A stretch of DNA of 64,000 nucleotides, taken from positions 52,948,001 through 53,012,000 of the forward strand of contig OZ024748.1 in assembly GCA_964016885.1 (NCBI GenBank), written 5' to 3'. This stretch comes from Eledone cirrhosa. Lineage: Eukaryota. Under the pieces are notes generated by a model. The model was given only the letters and a program-made list of their open reading frames with translations, was not told the origin of the DNA and made no database searches. A program made the position numbers and the translations under genes. Shown here in pieces: positions 1 through 14,615 of the stretch (positions are counted from its first letter, which is position 1; every line of letters begins with the position of its first letter).

Positions 1-1510
1 GTGTTGTTGGTAGTGGTGTTGGTGTTGTTGTTGGTGGTTGTGTTAGTGGTGTTGGTGTTGTTGGTAGTGGTTGTGTTAGTGGTGTTGGTGTTGTTGTTGG
101 TAGTGGTGTTGGTGTTGTTGTTGGTGGTTGTGTTAGTGGTGTTGGTGTTGTTGGTAGTGGTGTTGGTGTTGTTGTTGTTGGTAGTGGTGTTGGTGTTGTT
201 GTTGTTGGTAGTGGTGTTGTTGTTGGTGGTTGTGTTAGTGGTGTTGGTGTTGTTGGTAGTGGTGTTGGTGTTGGTGTTGTTGGTAGTGGTGTTGGTGTTG
301 TTGTTGTTGGTAGTGGTGTTGTTGTTGGTGGTTGTGTTAGTGGTGTTGGTGTTGTTGGTAGTGGTGTTGGTGTTGTTGTTGGTGGTTGTGTTAGTGGTGT
401 TGGTGTTGTTGGTAGTGGTGTTGGTGTTGTTGTTGGTGGTTGTGTTAGTGGTGTTGGTGTTGTTGGTAGTGGTTGTGTTAGTGGTGTTGTTGTTGTTGGT
501 AGTGGTGTTGGTGTTGTTGTTGGTGGTTGTGTTAGTGGTGTTGGTGTTGTTGGTAGTGGTGTTGGTGTTGTTGTTGGTGGTTGTGTTAGTGGTGTTGGTG
601 TTGTTGGTAGTGGTTGTGTTAGTGGTGTTGGTGTTGTTGTTGGTAGTGGTGTTGGTGTTGTTGTTGGTGGTTGTGTTAGTGGTGTTGGTGTTGTTGTTGT
701 TGGTAGTGGTGGTGTTGTTGGTGGCTGTGTTAGTGGTGTTGGTGTTGTTGGTAGTGGTGTTGGTGTTGTTGTTGGTGGTTGTGTTAGTGGTGTTGGTGTT
801 GTTGGTAGTGGTTGTGTTAGTGGTGTTGGTGTTGTTGTTGGTAGTGGTGTTGGTGTTGTTGTTGGTGGTTGTGTTAGTGGTGTTGGTGTTGTTGGTAGTG
901 GTGTTGGTGTTGTTGTTGTTGGTAGTGGTGTTGTTGTTGGTAGTGGTGTTGGTGTTGTTGTTGTTGGTAGTGGTGTTGTTGTTGGTGGTTGTGTTAGTGG
1001 TGTTGGTGTTGTTGGTAGTGGTGTTGGTGTTGTTGTTGGTGGTTGTGTTAGTGGTGTTGGTGTTGTTGGTAGTGGTAGTGGTGTTGAAGTTGTTATTGGT
1101 GTTGCTGTTGTTGTTGTTGTTGGTGGTGTTGGTGTTGGTGGTGGTGTAGGTATTGTTTTGGTTGTCTTAGTGGTGTTGAAGTTGCTGTTGTTGTTGTAAT
1201 TGGTATTATTGTTGGTGGTGGAGGTATTGATGGTGTTGGTGGTGGTGACGGTGGTGATGGTGTTGAAAATATCGTTTTTGTTGTTGCTGTTGTTGCTGTT
1301 GTTGTTGTTTTTGTGGTAGTTGTTGGTTGTGGTGATGGTGTTGAAAATATTGTTGTTGTTGCTGGTGGTGTTGGTTGTGGTGATGGTGATGATGGTGTTG
1401 AAAGTATCGTTGTTGTTGTTGGTGGTGGTGTTGGTGGTGTTGGTGATGGTGATGATGGTGTTGAAAGTATCATTGTTGTCGGTGGTGGTGATGGTGATGA
1501 TGGTGATGCA
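1..1510. repeat. GGT/GTT trinucleotide-based low-complexity repeat
   Basis: Continuous gtt/ggt/gta triplets; explains the poly-V/L ORF 1..1149. Confidence 0.95.
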
Positions 1511-1734
1511 TTGACAATGGTTGTGGTGGCTGAAAATGGTAGTTTTGGTTTTACTAATGGTAATGTTCGTGGTGGAGATTCTGGAAATAGGATTTGTCGG
1601 TCCGGAGAGGTGGGGCGGGGAAGGAGCATTGTTTATTATCATTGGTGATGGCGGTGGTGGTGATAGTGTTATCAGTGAAGTGTTAGGGGGAAGTAGGGGG
1701 CAGTGTTGTTTTTAATGGTTTTGTTGGTAACTGT

Positions 1735-4545
1735 GGTGAAGATGGTGTGGCTATAATGGAGGTGGCAGTGATGGTAAAAGTGGAGAAGATGGTATGGCTA
1801 TAATGGAGGTGGTGGCAGTGATGGTAAAAGTGGAGGAGATGGTATGGCTATAATGGAGGTGGTGGCAGTCATGGTAAAAGTGGAGAAGATGGTATGGCTA
1901 TAATGGAGGTGGTGGCAGTGATGGTAAAAGTGGAGAAGATGGTATGGCTATAATGGAGGTGGTGGCAGTGATGGTAAAAGTGGAGGAGATGGTATGGCTA
2001 TAATGGTGGAGGTGGCAGTGATGGTAAAAGTGGAGAAGATGGTATGGCTATAATGGAGGTGGTGGTAGTGATGGTAAAAGTGGAGAAGATGGTATGGCTA
2101 TAATGGAGGTGGTGGCAGTGATGGTAAAAGTGGAGGAGATGGTATGGCTATAATGGAGGTGGTGGCAGTGATGGTAAAAGTGGAGGAGATGGTATGGCTA
2201 TAATGGAGGTGGTGGTAGTGATGGTAAAAGTGGAGAAGATGGTATGGCTATAATGGAGGTGGTGGTAGTGATGGTAAAAGTGGAGAAGATGGTATGACTA
2301 TAATGGAGGTGGTGGCAGTGATGGTAAAAGTGGAGGAGATGGTATGGCTATAATGGAGGTGGTGGCAGTGATGGTAAAAGTGGAGAAGATGGTATGGCTA
2401 TAATGGAGGTGGTGGCAGTGATGGTAAAAGTGGAGAAGATGGTATGGCTATAATGGAGGTGGTGGCAGTGATGGTAAAAGTGGAGAAGATGGTATGGCTA
2501 TAATGGAGGTGGTGGTAGTGATGGTAAAAGTGGAGAAGATGGTATGGCTATAATGGAGGTGGTGGTAGTGATGGTAAAAGTGGAGAAGATGGTATGGCTA
2601 TAATGGAGGTGGTGGCAGTGATGGTAAAAGTGGAGAAGATGGTATGGCTATAATGGAGGTGGTGGTAGTGATGGTAAAAGTGGAGAAGATGGTATGGCTA
2701 TAATGGAGGTGGTGGTAGTGATGGTAAAAGTGGAGAAGATGGTATGACTATAATGGAGGTGGTGGCAGTGATGGTAAAAGTGGAGGAGATGGTATGGCTA
2801 TAATGGAGGTGGTGGCAGTGATGGTAAAAGTGGAGAAGATGGTATGGCTATAATGGAGGTGGTGGCAGTGATGGTAAAAGTGGAGAAGATGGTATGGCTA
2901 TAATGGAGGTGGTGGTAGTGATGGTAAAAGTGGAGAAGATGGTATGGCTATAATGGAGGTGGTGGCAGTGATGGTAAAAGTGAAGATGGTATGGCTATAA
3001 TGGAGGTGGTGGCAGTGATGGTAAAAGTGGAGAAGATGGTATGGCTATAATGGAGGTGGTGGTAGTGATGGTAAAAGTGGAGAAGATGGTATGGCTATAA
3101 TGGAGGTGGTGGTAGTGATGGTAAAAGTGGAGAAGATGGTATGGCTATAATGGAGGTGGTGGCAGTGATGGTAAAAGTGAAGATGGTATGGCTATAATGG
3201 AGGTGGTGGTAGTGATGGTAAAAGTGGAGAAGATGGTATGGCTATAATGGAGGTGGTGGTAGTGATGGTAAAAGTGGAGAAGATGGTATGGCTTTAATGG
3301 TGGAGGTGGTGGCAGTGATGGTAAAAGTGGAGAAGATGGTATGGCTTTAATGGTGGAGGTGGTGGCAGTGATGGTAAAAGTGGAGAAGATGGTATGGCTA
3401 TAATGGAGGTGGTGGTAGTGATGGTAAAAGTGGAGAAGATGGTATGGCTATAATGGAGGTGGTGGTAGTGATGGTAAAAGTGGAGAAGATGGTATGGCTA
3501 TAATGGAGGTGGTGGCAGTGATGGTAAAAGTGAAGATGGTATGGCTATAATGGAGGTGGTGGTAGTGATGGTAAAAGTGGAGAAGATGGTATGGCTATAA
3601 TGGAGGTGGTGGTAGTGATGGTAAAAGTGGAGAAGATGGTATGGCTATAATGGAGGTGGTGGTAGTGTTGGTAAAAGTGGAGAAGATGGTATGGCTATAA
3701 TGGAGGAGGTGGTGGCAGTGATGGTAAAAGTGGAGAAGATGGTATGGCTATAATGGAGGTGGTGGCAGTGATGGTAAAAGTGGAGAAGATGGTATGGCTA
3801 TAATGGAGGTGGTGGTAGTGATGGTAAAAGTGGAGAAGATGGTATGGCTATAATGGAGGTGGTGGTAGTGATGGTAAAAGTGGAGAAGATGGTATGGCTA
3901 TAATGGAGGTGGTGGCAGTGATGGTAAAAGTGAAGATGGTATGGCTATAATGGAGGTGGTGGTAGTGATGGTAAAAGTGGAGAAGATGGTATGGCTATAA
4001 TGGAGGTGGTGGCAGTGATGGTAAAAGTGGAGAAGATGGTATGGCTTTAATGGTGGAGGTGGTGGCAGTGATGGTAAAAGTGGAGAAGATGGTATGGCTT
4101 TAATGGTGGAGGTGGTGGCAGTGATGGTAAAAGTGGAGAAGATGGTATGGCTATAATGGAGGTGGTGGTAGTGATGGTAAAAGTGGAGAAGATGGTATGG
4201 CTATAATGGAGGTGGTGGTAGTGATGGTAAAAGTGGAGAAGATGGTATGGCTATAATGGAGGTGGTGGCAGTGATGGTAAAAGTGAAGATGGTATGGCTA
4301 TAATGGAGGTGGTGGTAGTGATGGTAAAAGTGGAGAAGATGGTATGGCTATAATGGAGGTGGTGGTAGTGATGGTAAAAGTGGAGAAGATGGTATGGCTA
4401 TAATGGAGGTGGTGGTAGTGATGGTAAAAGTGGAGAAGATGGTATGGCTATAATGGAGGAGGTGGTGGCAGTGATGGTAAAAGTGGAGAAGATGGTATGG
4501 CTATAATGGGGGTGGTGGCAGTGATGGTAAAAGTGGAGAAGATAG
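1735..4545 (+). repeat. 50-bp minisatellite, ~56 copies
   Basis: Unit ggtatggctataatggaggtggtggcagtgatggtaaaagtggagaagat with occasional 3-bp indel variants. Confidence 0.97.
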
Positions 4546-4752
4546 TAGTGGCTATGGTGGTGGTGAGTAAAAGATTGTTAGACTGAGAACCGAGTTGCTA
4601 TGGTAACTGGACAAAGTGTTGTAATTACTCTGTGTAGGATCTTCTTTAAAATAATACATAGTAATGAAGTAATGAACAATGTCATGCTATACATATATAT
4701 ACACACACTACAGCACTTAGTTGAGAGATTCTAGACATATCTATGTCTGTGT

Positions 4753-4810
<58 letters not shown>

Positions 4811-4892
4811 GTATGTAAAAGGTAAACTGAAAAATATAACAGAATCGGTAGAGTATATGGAAGGAATATATTAGTTTAATGCTTGAAGAAGG

Positions 4893-4928
4893 TCTTAACG
4901 TTTCGGATGCTTGTCCTTCATCAGAAGA
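4893..4928 (-). ncRNA. Minimal type I hammerhead ribozyme motif (PLE-like)
   Basis: Minus strand: tctt CTGATGA a-gga caagca tcc GAAA cg TT aaga; stem I tctt/aaga, palindromic ACGT stem III. Confidence 0.7.
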
Positions 4929-5050
4929 AAGAATGAGAAATTAGAAAGAATAAAGGGACGGGCGGTGTGGAATCAGAAAAAATGTTTTTAGAGAAAAATA
5001 ACAGGTCCATTCATGTTGCCATATGTATATATAATGTTTAATATAGAAAT

Positions 5051-5102
5051 GGCTTCTACAGGACTAGAACTGTTTCATTCGAAGGAAATCATCAGGAAAG
5101 CC
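5051..5102 (-). ncRNA. Type I hammerhead ribozyme motif
   Basis: Minus strand: ggctttc CTGATGA tttccttcgaat GAAA cag ttctagtc ctg TA gaagcc; GUA triplet. Confidence 0.7.
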
Positions 5103-5700
5103 AACTGTCATTGTGATATGGTGATATTTATATGTCTTCTGAATGCTTTTTACATTTGCCTTTGTATTACTGTTTATATTTCTCTAAATATAGTTTTTTC
5201 AAAGAATCCTTGTTCTTAAACTCGCTCGGCCAATGACCTCCGCCCATCCCAATCACCACCTTTTCCTTTCACCAGAAAATGTATAAATACATATACAAAT
5301 ATATTATCATTATTATTTAATGTGTGTTTTCCCTGCTAGCAAGAGTGGAACGTTCCTACATGTTACAGAATATACTGGATGAATGATATCATGGCATCAC
5401 CACTAAGGAGGCTGACATGCTTTTCATACTACAGCCAAAAAAGATTTAGAGGATTCTTCAGTTGTATCAATGGTATGACAGCTTCTGTAAATTCATCTAG
5501 TACTCACTGTAAAGAAGCTGGTGATAGGAAGTGAATCCTGGTCTGTCTGGGAGAGCTCTATTTGAGTACTGACTAGGTCTGTGAAAACCCACTCAACTCT
5601 TTCTAGCAGGGCAAACAGGCATTAAATGATGTATGTATGTATAATATATATGTGTTTGTGTGTATGATTGTATATATATATATATATACCCACACACACA

Positions 5701-5750
5701 GATTCCTGATGATTTCATATGAATGAAACAGTTCTAGTGCTGTAGAAATC
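5701..5750 (+). ncRNA. Type I hammerhead ribozyme motif (inverted relative of 5051-5102)
   Basis: gattc CTGATGA tttc atat gaat GAAA cag ttctagtg ctg TA gaaatc. Confidence 0.7.
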
Positions 5751-5887
5751 ATTTCTATATAAATTAAATATACTTCTTCACTACCAACATAATGAGTACA
5801 TTATTTAACTGTGTTTTTGTGTGTTGTTTTTTTTATCCTTTTAGGAAAACCATCCTTAATTATATATACGTATATATATTTGTATAA

Positions 5888-5939
<52 letters not shown>

Positions 5940-6244
5940 ATATATATATTCAATATATTCAATGGCCATCTCTAAGGAATCACATTTATTTATCCTGTCT
6001 GATTAAGTACTTCATTGCTATGCAAAGATTCTTGCTATGCACGATCCTTCAGGTGACAAAAATTCATGTTTTTCTTGCCTGAGGCATTTTACATCGAGAT
6101 AAACTCTCAGTTGTTTTGGAGTCAATTATCAGCTTCAAATGAATAAATAAACTCTACAACACATTGATTACTCCTCTTCGCACTTCTACATCTATATATA
6201 TTTAATTCAAATGTTCGAGTAGATTTCCTGCAGAATATAATCAT

Positions 6245-6415
6245 TATCGGTAGAGGGTCGGACGCCATGCTTTCAAGCATAGTTACGTCCCTTTATGATC
6301 TGAGTTCAAATCCCGCCGAGGTTGACTTTGCCTTTCATCTTTACGGGGTCGATAAAATAAAGTACCAGTAATGCACTGGGTAATTGCTGGCCATGTGCCT
6401 AAAGTAGAAACAAGT
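6245..6415 (+). mobile_element. tRNA-derived SINE family B copy
   Basis: B-box-like gagttcaaatcc then gttgactttgcctttcatc..ggggtcgataaaataaagtaccagt; same core recurs at ~14705, 17400, 17620, 17870, 23190, 29350, 58925. Confidence 0.75.
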
Positions 6416-6502
6416 ATTTTCCTCAGTTTTAGGCATTCCTGAAAAACAAGATGGCGTAGGACAGAACAAAGGAGAGACACAAAACAAAGAAAAGAATCCC
6501 CA

Positions 6503-6545
6503 GTCACTGAAGAGGTCACAGAATGTGTGACGAAAGAACTTTGAC
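6503..6545 (+). ncRNA. Minimal type I hammerhead ribozyme motif
   Basis: gtca CTGAAGA g gtcaca gaatg tgtgac GAAA gaac TT tgac; stem I gtca/tgac, 6-bp stem II. Confidence 0.7.
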
Positions 6546-7250
6546 AATATATGAACAACCGTTCGGTTATGGAACCAACCAGCTAACCAGAAATTTATAA
6601 ATTCTTAAATTTATAAATTTAATTTATAATAAATTGGAGTGAAAGCAACTGGTGCGTGTGTTTCTTATTGGCAACATGACGCTCCCATCATCATCATCAT
6701 CATCCCAAAGCATAACAATATATATATATATATATATATATGGGATAACAAGTTATCGTTATATGTGATCCACTTAGAGATAGTCCGGTTAGAGTACTCC
6801 TTATTGTACAGCCAACCATGTTACTCTTTTTTCTTTAACTATATATATATATATATACATGATAAAATGCTTCCAGTACACACTGTAAATGGTTAGTATT
6901 AGGGAGGACATCCAGTTGTAGAAAGCAAGCCAAAAATGGAACATACCAGCCAATAATGGTCACATGACCTGTCTAACCTCGGAAAGTGTCAACCCATCTG
7001 ACTGATACAAGAATGGAAAATAGACATTAAATAGTGATGAAGATGATAATATATATATTCATTCATATATACAGTATATATTTATATGGAATAACAAATT
7101 ATCGTTATAGGTAATCCAGTTAGAGGTTGTGAATACTCCGTATTGTGGATAGTTTTAGCGTACAGCGTTGTTTGACTCAACAAGAGGTTTCCTTAGGTAG
7201 CGAGTTTGTGAGCTCTCAGGAATTCCCATCAGGTTAATCTTGGAGTAATA

Positions 7251-7342
7251 ATAGTGAAAGAGTGAATAATAACATGGTCAACAGTACAAAAAGGGTAAAT
7301 AAAACCCTTTTCATACTGTTGACCATGTTATTATTCACTCTT

Positions 7343-7349
<7 letters not shown>
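7251..7349. repeat. Foldback hairpin with 36-bp perfect arms
   Basis: atagtgaaagagtgaataataacatggtcaacagta and its reverse complement, extended by aaaagggt/accctttt; abuts (TA)n. Confidence 0.9.
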
Positions 7350-7378
<29 letters not shown>

Positions 7379-7379
<1 letters not shown>

Positions 7380-8149
7380 TAGCAGCAGTACCCAGCGTTG
7401 CCTGGGTAGGTAAAATAATATCTGCTTTGATGAAAACGTGTTGATCTTAGCGACTGCTTCTCGATGATTCATCTATGGCCACACACAGGCCATGCGAGGG
7501 AGGGTGGTGATGATCTATATCACTGAGAAACGCAGGTGACTGACGAAGGGGCATGCTGGGGGAGGGAGTCTCGAATTTGAACAAAATTGGTTGAAAAATG
7601 TGGGAACTAGAACCGAAAAGGCAGAAATTTGAGCGAAAAAGTGGTATTTTCGAATATTTAAGCGGTTGCCACGCCATTTCTGAACAAAAGATCCAAAATG
7701 TTTAAGACGTGAAATAATCAGATCTAGCGTAGTGTAAAATTTGAACAAAGTAGGTTGATTAATGTGGGAGCTAGAGCCGAAAATGTGGAAATTTGTTTCT
7801 AAAAGTGGTATTTTTGAATATTTAAGTGGCTGCCACGCCGTTCCTGAACAATAAATGCAAATTATAAAGCCATTACAGGATGTGCAATGATAAATTCTAT
7901 TTTGCTTTAAAATTTGAACGAAATCGGTGGCAAAATGTGGGATACCTAAAAAAAGGTGAACCCCCCCTATCGATTTTTATCTGCAGAATGACTCCGGAAT
8001 AAAAAAAAAAACGATACACTGATATATAAAAAACACTCTCCAATGACTAATCTATGAGCCTGTAAAGTTTCATGAAAATCGGTTGTAAGATGTAGGCCCC
8101 TATAGGTAATACACAGACACACACTTACTTAATTTTATATATATACAGA
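7379..8149 (-). mobile_element. Non-autonomous Helitron
   Basis: Minus strand starts A|TCTGTATATATATAAAA and ends hairpin cccag-gcaacg-ctggg ...CTAG|T; no TSD; internal duplicated block aaatgtggga.ctaga.ccgaaaa...aaaagtggtatttt. Confidence 0.75.
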
Positions 8150-8400
8150 TATAGAGAAGCAAAGAAAATTTCAATGATACGAAAGATTTCATGGTGGAAG
8201 TTAAGTTATACTCCGGGTTGGTATCCAGTTTCGGGGTGAAAATCCAATTAGAAAATCCAACGAATTTGAGAGGTCCATGTAAGCGTTCATATATATATAT
8301 GTATATATATGTATGTAAAAAGTAAACAAAAATAACAACGCAATCAGTACAGTATATGGAAGGAATATATTAGGTTTATGCTTGATGTAGCAGGAAGAGG

Positions 8401-8438
8401 TTCCTAACATTTCAGACGCTAGTCCTTCATCAGAAGAA
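8401..8438 (-). ncRNA. Minimal type I hammerhead motif, same family as 4893
   Basis: Minus strand: ttctt CTGATGA a ggac tagc gtct GAAA tg TT aggaa; flanks (gtatatggaaggaatatatta, ggggacgggcgg) homologous to 4850-4980. Confidence 0.65.
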
Positions 8439-8810
8439 AGAATAAGAAATAAGATAGATTGAGGGGACGGGCGGGATGGAATTGGAAGAAATGTCTTCAG
8501 ATATGTATCACCCCATGAAAGTAATAAGCTACGTACATGACATCCCAGATCACTGACCACCCCCCGTGACAGACAAGAAAAACAACAAAGTTTTAGGATT
8601 TTTTGCATAGATATATTTTGCTTTTTTGCTTTTTTGCTTTGACTGCATGCCCATATATGGACTGTAACTCGTGATAAGTTCAGCTAGATTCTCGCTATTC
8701 TAATACTAGTGGCTTAGTTTGTACCTAACTGTCGGAGCTCAGCCATTGGGGTCCTGACTCTTTTCATATATATATATATGCCCCAAATATTTATTTCATA
8801 TATATATATT

Positions 8811-9855
8811 TGCCCCAAATGCAAACAATGGGTACACAAGAGATGTAGCGGGATCTCAGGAAGCTTAATTAAGAATGTAGGATTCACATGCAGCAGCTGT
8901 GCTGAAACAGCAAGCAAACAGCCACAGGAAACAAGTACCACCAATCTCTGGGAGGGCCCTGTAGAAACAGTAGACAGCTTCTGCTACCTAGGTGACCGAA
9001 TTAGCAACGGAGGTGGGTGCTCAGAAAGTACAATAACTAGGGTAAGAACGGGATGGAAGAAGTTTAGGGAACTACTACCACTGCTAGCTGCAAAAGGCTT
9101 CTCCCTCAGAATGAAAGGCAGACTGTATGATGCGTGTATCCGAACAGCGATGTTGCATGGTAGTGAGACCTGGGCGCTGAAGGTGGAAGACTTACGTAGA
9201 TTAGAGAGAAACGAAGCCTGCATGCTCCGATGGATGTGTAACAGTAATATACGTGAACGACAAAGCATAAATGAATTGAGAGAGAGACTGAGCATAAGAG
9301 GAATCAAATGCTGCGTGCAGGAGAGGCGGTTACGCTGGTATGGACATGTGATGCGTATGAAGGATGACAGCTGCATAAAAAGGTGCAGAGCACTAGAAGT
9401 TGATGGAAACCGCGGAGTGGGGAGACCCAAGATGACTTGGGATGAGGTGATAAAAGCCGACCTTACCCAACTACACCTCTCAAAGTCAATGACACACGAC
9501 CGTGACTTCTGGCGTCACGCAGTAATACAGGGTACCCGACCTCCCATGGGTACATGCTGAAGCATATAAACAATATGCCCCCCCCCCCCCACCGCAAGGT
9601 GGTCGTGGAGGTGCCACGGCAAAAAAGCACCCAGCCCACACTGTAAAGTGGACGTGTAGGCGCCACGAAAAAGCACCCAGCACTCACTGTAAATGAGGTT
9701 GGTGTTAGGAAGGGCATCCAGCTGTAGAAATCAAGCCAGATCAGTTCCTGTATGAGCAAGGCATGGTCAGCCGACCAGACACTGCCCACAACAGGACAAC
9801 CCGTCTAACCCATGCTAGCGTGGAAGAACGGACGTAAAACGGTGATGATGATGAT
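8811..9855 (+). mobile_element. 5'-truncated RTE-clade LINE: uninterrupted ORF C-terminus, SINE-like 3' segment, (GAT)n tail
   Basis: ORF 8778-9560: CxxC..WVHKRC..FTCSSC Zn-finger-like insert, FCYLG, LYDACIRTAMLHGSETW, RRLRWYGHVMRM, GRPKMTW; tail ccatgctagcgtggaagaacggacgtaaaac(gat)n. Confidence 0.9.
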
Positions 9856-10072
9856 ATATATATGCATATATATATATATATATATATGCATATATATTTT
9901 ATTAACAGCTTGACTTAATTTGCATTACCAAATGGTTTCGTGGCCATAAATATGACCAGCTCTTTTGATCACATCTAAAATATTCAGCCATATTTAGAAA
10001 TGCAAATATCCGTTAATATAAATATTCTCAACTTCCACATTATGTGTTGATTGCTCTTTTCTTTCATTTCTT

Positions 10073-10173
<101 letters not shown>

Positions 10174-10203
10174 TCATCATTTTACATCCACTTTTTCCTG
10201 CTT

Positions 10204-10235
<32 letters not shown>

Positions 10236-10807
10236 CATCATCATTTTACATCCACTTTTTCCTGCTTACATATATATATATATATATACATACATATTTA
10301 TATACATACAAATTAATATATCACACACATACATATATATTTATATATACACACACATACATATATGTATGTACATACACTCACAGACAACGCACATATA
10401 TATATATATACACATATCTCTCTCTCTCTCTATATATATATGTATATATATATATATATATATATACATGTACACACACATACATAATTCCATATGTTAC
10501 ATATGTATATCATATATACAAAGTTAGTTATAGACTAAATGTCACACTCAATTAAAGGACTCATGACAGGATTTGATGTCTAGAAAAGTCTTATTGTATT
10601 AAAATAAATGTGATTCATTACAGAGCAAAATGGGAATCTGTGAAGAATTATATTTATTTTAATGTAATATATAGCAATATGTATGTGTTTGTGTGTGTCT
10701 AACCCACGCAAGTATGGATAAACAGACATAGAATAATGATAAATATACCATCATCATCATCATCATTACCATTTAATGTCCATTTTCCATGTTTGCATGG
10801 GTTAAAC

Positions 10808-10993
10808 CAATGGTTCCCAAAGTGGGTTCTATGGAACCCTTGGGTTCTGTAAAGGAGTGTCTAGAGTTCCGTGAAAAAAGTTAGAGGACTATATTTATAT
10901 TATGACCATATAACAGTATTAGACTTTGGGTTTCCCCCAAAGGTTTCTGAGCCAAGTAGGGTTCCATGTTTGAAGGAAGTTGGGGAAACACTG
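10808..10993. mobile_element. hAT/Charlie-like MITE inserted in a SINE/LINE tail
   Basis: TIR caatggttcccaa / ttggggaaacactg; degenerate 8-bp flanks ggttaaac/gattagat; interrupts ccatgtttgcatgggtta..gatgggt. Confidence 0.55.
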
Positions 10994-11029
10994 GATTAGA
11001 TGGGTCATCCATGTCATGAGAAGGGTTGG

Positions 11030-11208
11030 ATGTTGTGTGCTAGAACAAAACACTTCCTTTCACGTTGCTCCAGTATACTCAGCTGAAAATGAGTACCAGC
11101 TGTAGTTGGGGGTTTAACCCTGCGATGGACTGGCATCCTGTCCAGGGGGGAGTCTTGAACTCTCAGTCACTTCACACCATGAAACCAAGATAAGCACCGG
11201 CCAAATGA
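11030..11208 (+). mobile_element. SINE fragment
   Basis: cacgttgctccagtatactcagctg core shared with SINE A, followed by a different tail (gatggactggcatcctgtccagggg..gaaaccaagataagc). Confidence 0.55.
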
Positions 11209-12922
<1,714 letters not shown>

Positions 12923-13357
12923 TAGAAAGTGAGTTTTTTTACAACATGTTTTATTAACATTTTATTCTAGAATTGTATAGCATGCTTTAATATTGATTTC
13001 TAGAATTAGCACCAGATCAGAAATTTGTGTTAGAAGTTTATAATTGCTTATTTATTCTATTGATTCCTGGGGTAATGAAAGGCAAAGACAAAGTTGACCC
13101 CAGAGGAACTGGAAATTAAAATGCAGACTAAATGCTGAGTAGTATTTAGTTTTCAACCCATTTTCTTATTTTTACTTCAAATCCTGCCACTTATTAACTG
13201 TTCATTAGCTTTTCCAAACTTTCATTTATCTAGTTTTCAATATAAATATAAATATGTATCTATATATCTAGACATGTACTGCAGTCAATTCAATATATAT
13301 TTATATGTAAATATATATTTTTTTATTATTTTATATTTTTTCTGGTTTTATTCATCA

Positions 13358-13635
13358 GACTGTGTTGTTTCCTTGAGCAAGACACTTTATTTCACATTGC
13401 TCCAGTTTACTCAGCTGTAGAAATGAGATGATAGGGACTGGGGTCCCTATCATTCCACTGCAAAGTGGTCGTGGAGGTGCCACGGCATAAAAAAAGCACC
13501 CAGCACTCACTGTAAATGAGGTTGGTGTTAGGAAGGGCATCCAGCTGTAGAGATCAAGCCAGAATCAGTTCCCGTCCCACCCTTGCAAGCAGGGAAAAGC
13601 GGACGTAAAAATGATGATGATGATGATGATGATGA
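13358..13635 (+). mobile_element. SINE family A, 5'-truncated
   Basis: gtgttgtttccttgagcaagacactttatttcacattgctccag core, one 49-bp unit, tail cccttgcaagcagggaaaagcggacgtaaaa(atg)n. Confidence 0.85.
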
Positions 13636-13890
13636 CTGCAGCTCTGCTAGGGCACCACCTTGATTTAGTCAATCATATCAGCTCTAGTACATGTTTTTCT
13701 CTTTTTTTCTAGTCTGGTACTTATTTTATCGACCCCTTTTTTTTTCCAATAACTGCTGTTAAAGGACACAAGCGTAAACAGAAACATGGTTACACATACT
13801 CACACAGAGTGCCTCCTCCGCACTATATATATATATATATATACATGCATACATATATATATATATATACATGCATACATATATATATAT

Positions 13891-14384
13891 ATCATCATCA
13901 TCATCATCATCACCGTTTTACGTCCGTTCTTCCACGCTAGCATGGGTTAGACGGGTTGTCCTGTTGTGGGCAGTGTCTGGTCGGCTGACCATGCCTTGCT
14001 CATACAGGAACTGATCTGGCTTGATTTCTACAGCTGGATGCCCTTCCTAACACCAACCTCATTTACAGTGAGTGCTGGGTGCTTTTTCGTGGCGCCTACA
14101 CGTCCACTTTACAGTGTGGGCTGGGTGCTTTTTTGCCGTGGCACCTCCACGACCACCTTGCGGTGGGGGGGGGGGGGGCATATTGTTTATATGCTTCAGC
14201 ATGTACCCATGGGAGGTCGGGTACCCTGTATTACTGCGTGACGCCAGAAGTCACGGTCGTGTGTCATTGACTTTGAGAGGTGTAGTTGGGTAAGGTCGGC
14301 TTTTATCACCTCATCCCAAGTCATCTTGGGTCTCCCCACTCCGCGGTTTCCATCAACTTCTAGTGCTCTGCACCTTTTTATGCA
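13891..14384 (-). mobile_element. 5'-truncated RTE LINE/SINE-like chimeric copy
   Basis: Reverse complement of 9372-9855, differing by eye only in poly-C and tail length; flanks share atgcatacatatatat (TSD-like). Confidence 0.9.
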
Positions 14385-14615
14385 TACATATATATCCATA
14401 TATATATATATATATTTATTTATTTAGGTTTGTTGGTTCACCACTGGATAGAGCTGGTCATTTCGTATGGTCAACCTTGATGTAATATTATGGAGAGCAC
14501 TCAACGTAATGCAACTCACCCGTCTTCGTTTGTGTAGTTGGTGGTTGCGAGTACGGAGTTAATTATTATAAAATAACAGGAGGCTGGACTGGTGTAAATC
14601 CTTGAAAGGTTTATT

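Noticed and set aside
1-1149. 382-aa poly-Val/Leu ORF (Thr/Asn-rich on the reverse strand)
   Set aside because: Pure trinucleotide repeat; no domain or splice evidence
1735-4545. Gly/Tyr-rich structural protein repeat
   Set aside because: The 50-bp unit is not a multiple of 3 and contains TAA/TGA stops; no long ORF
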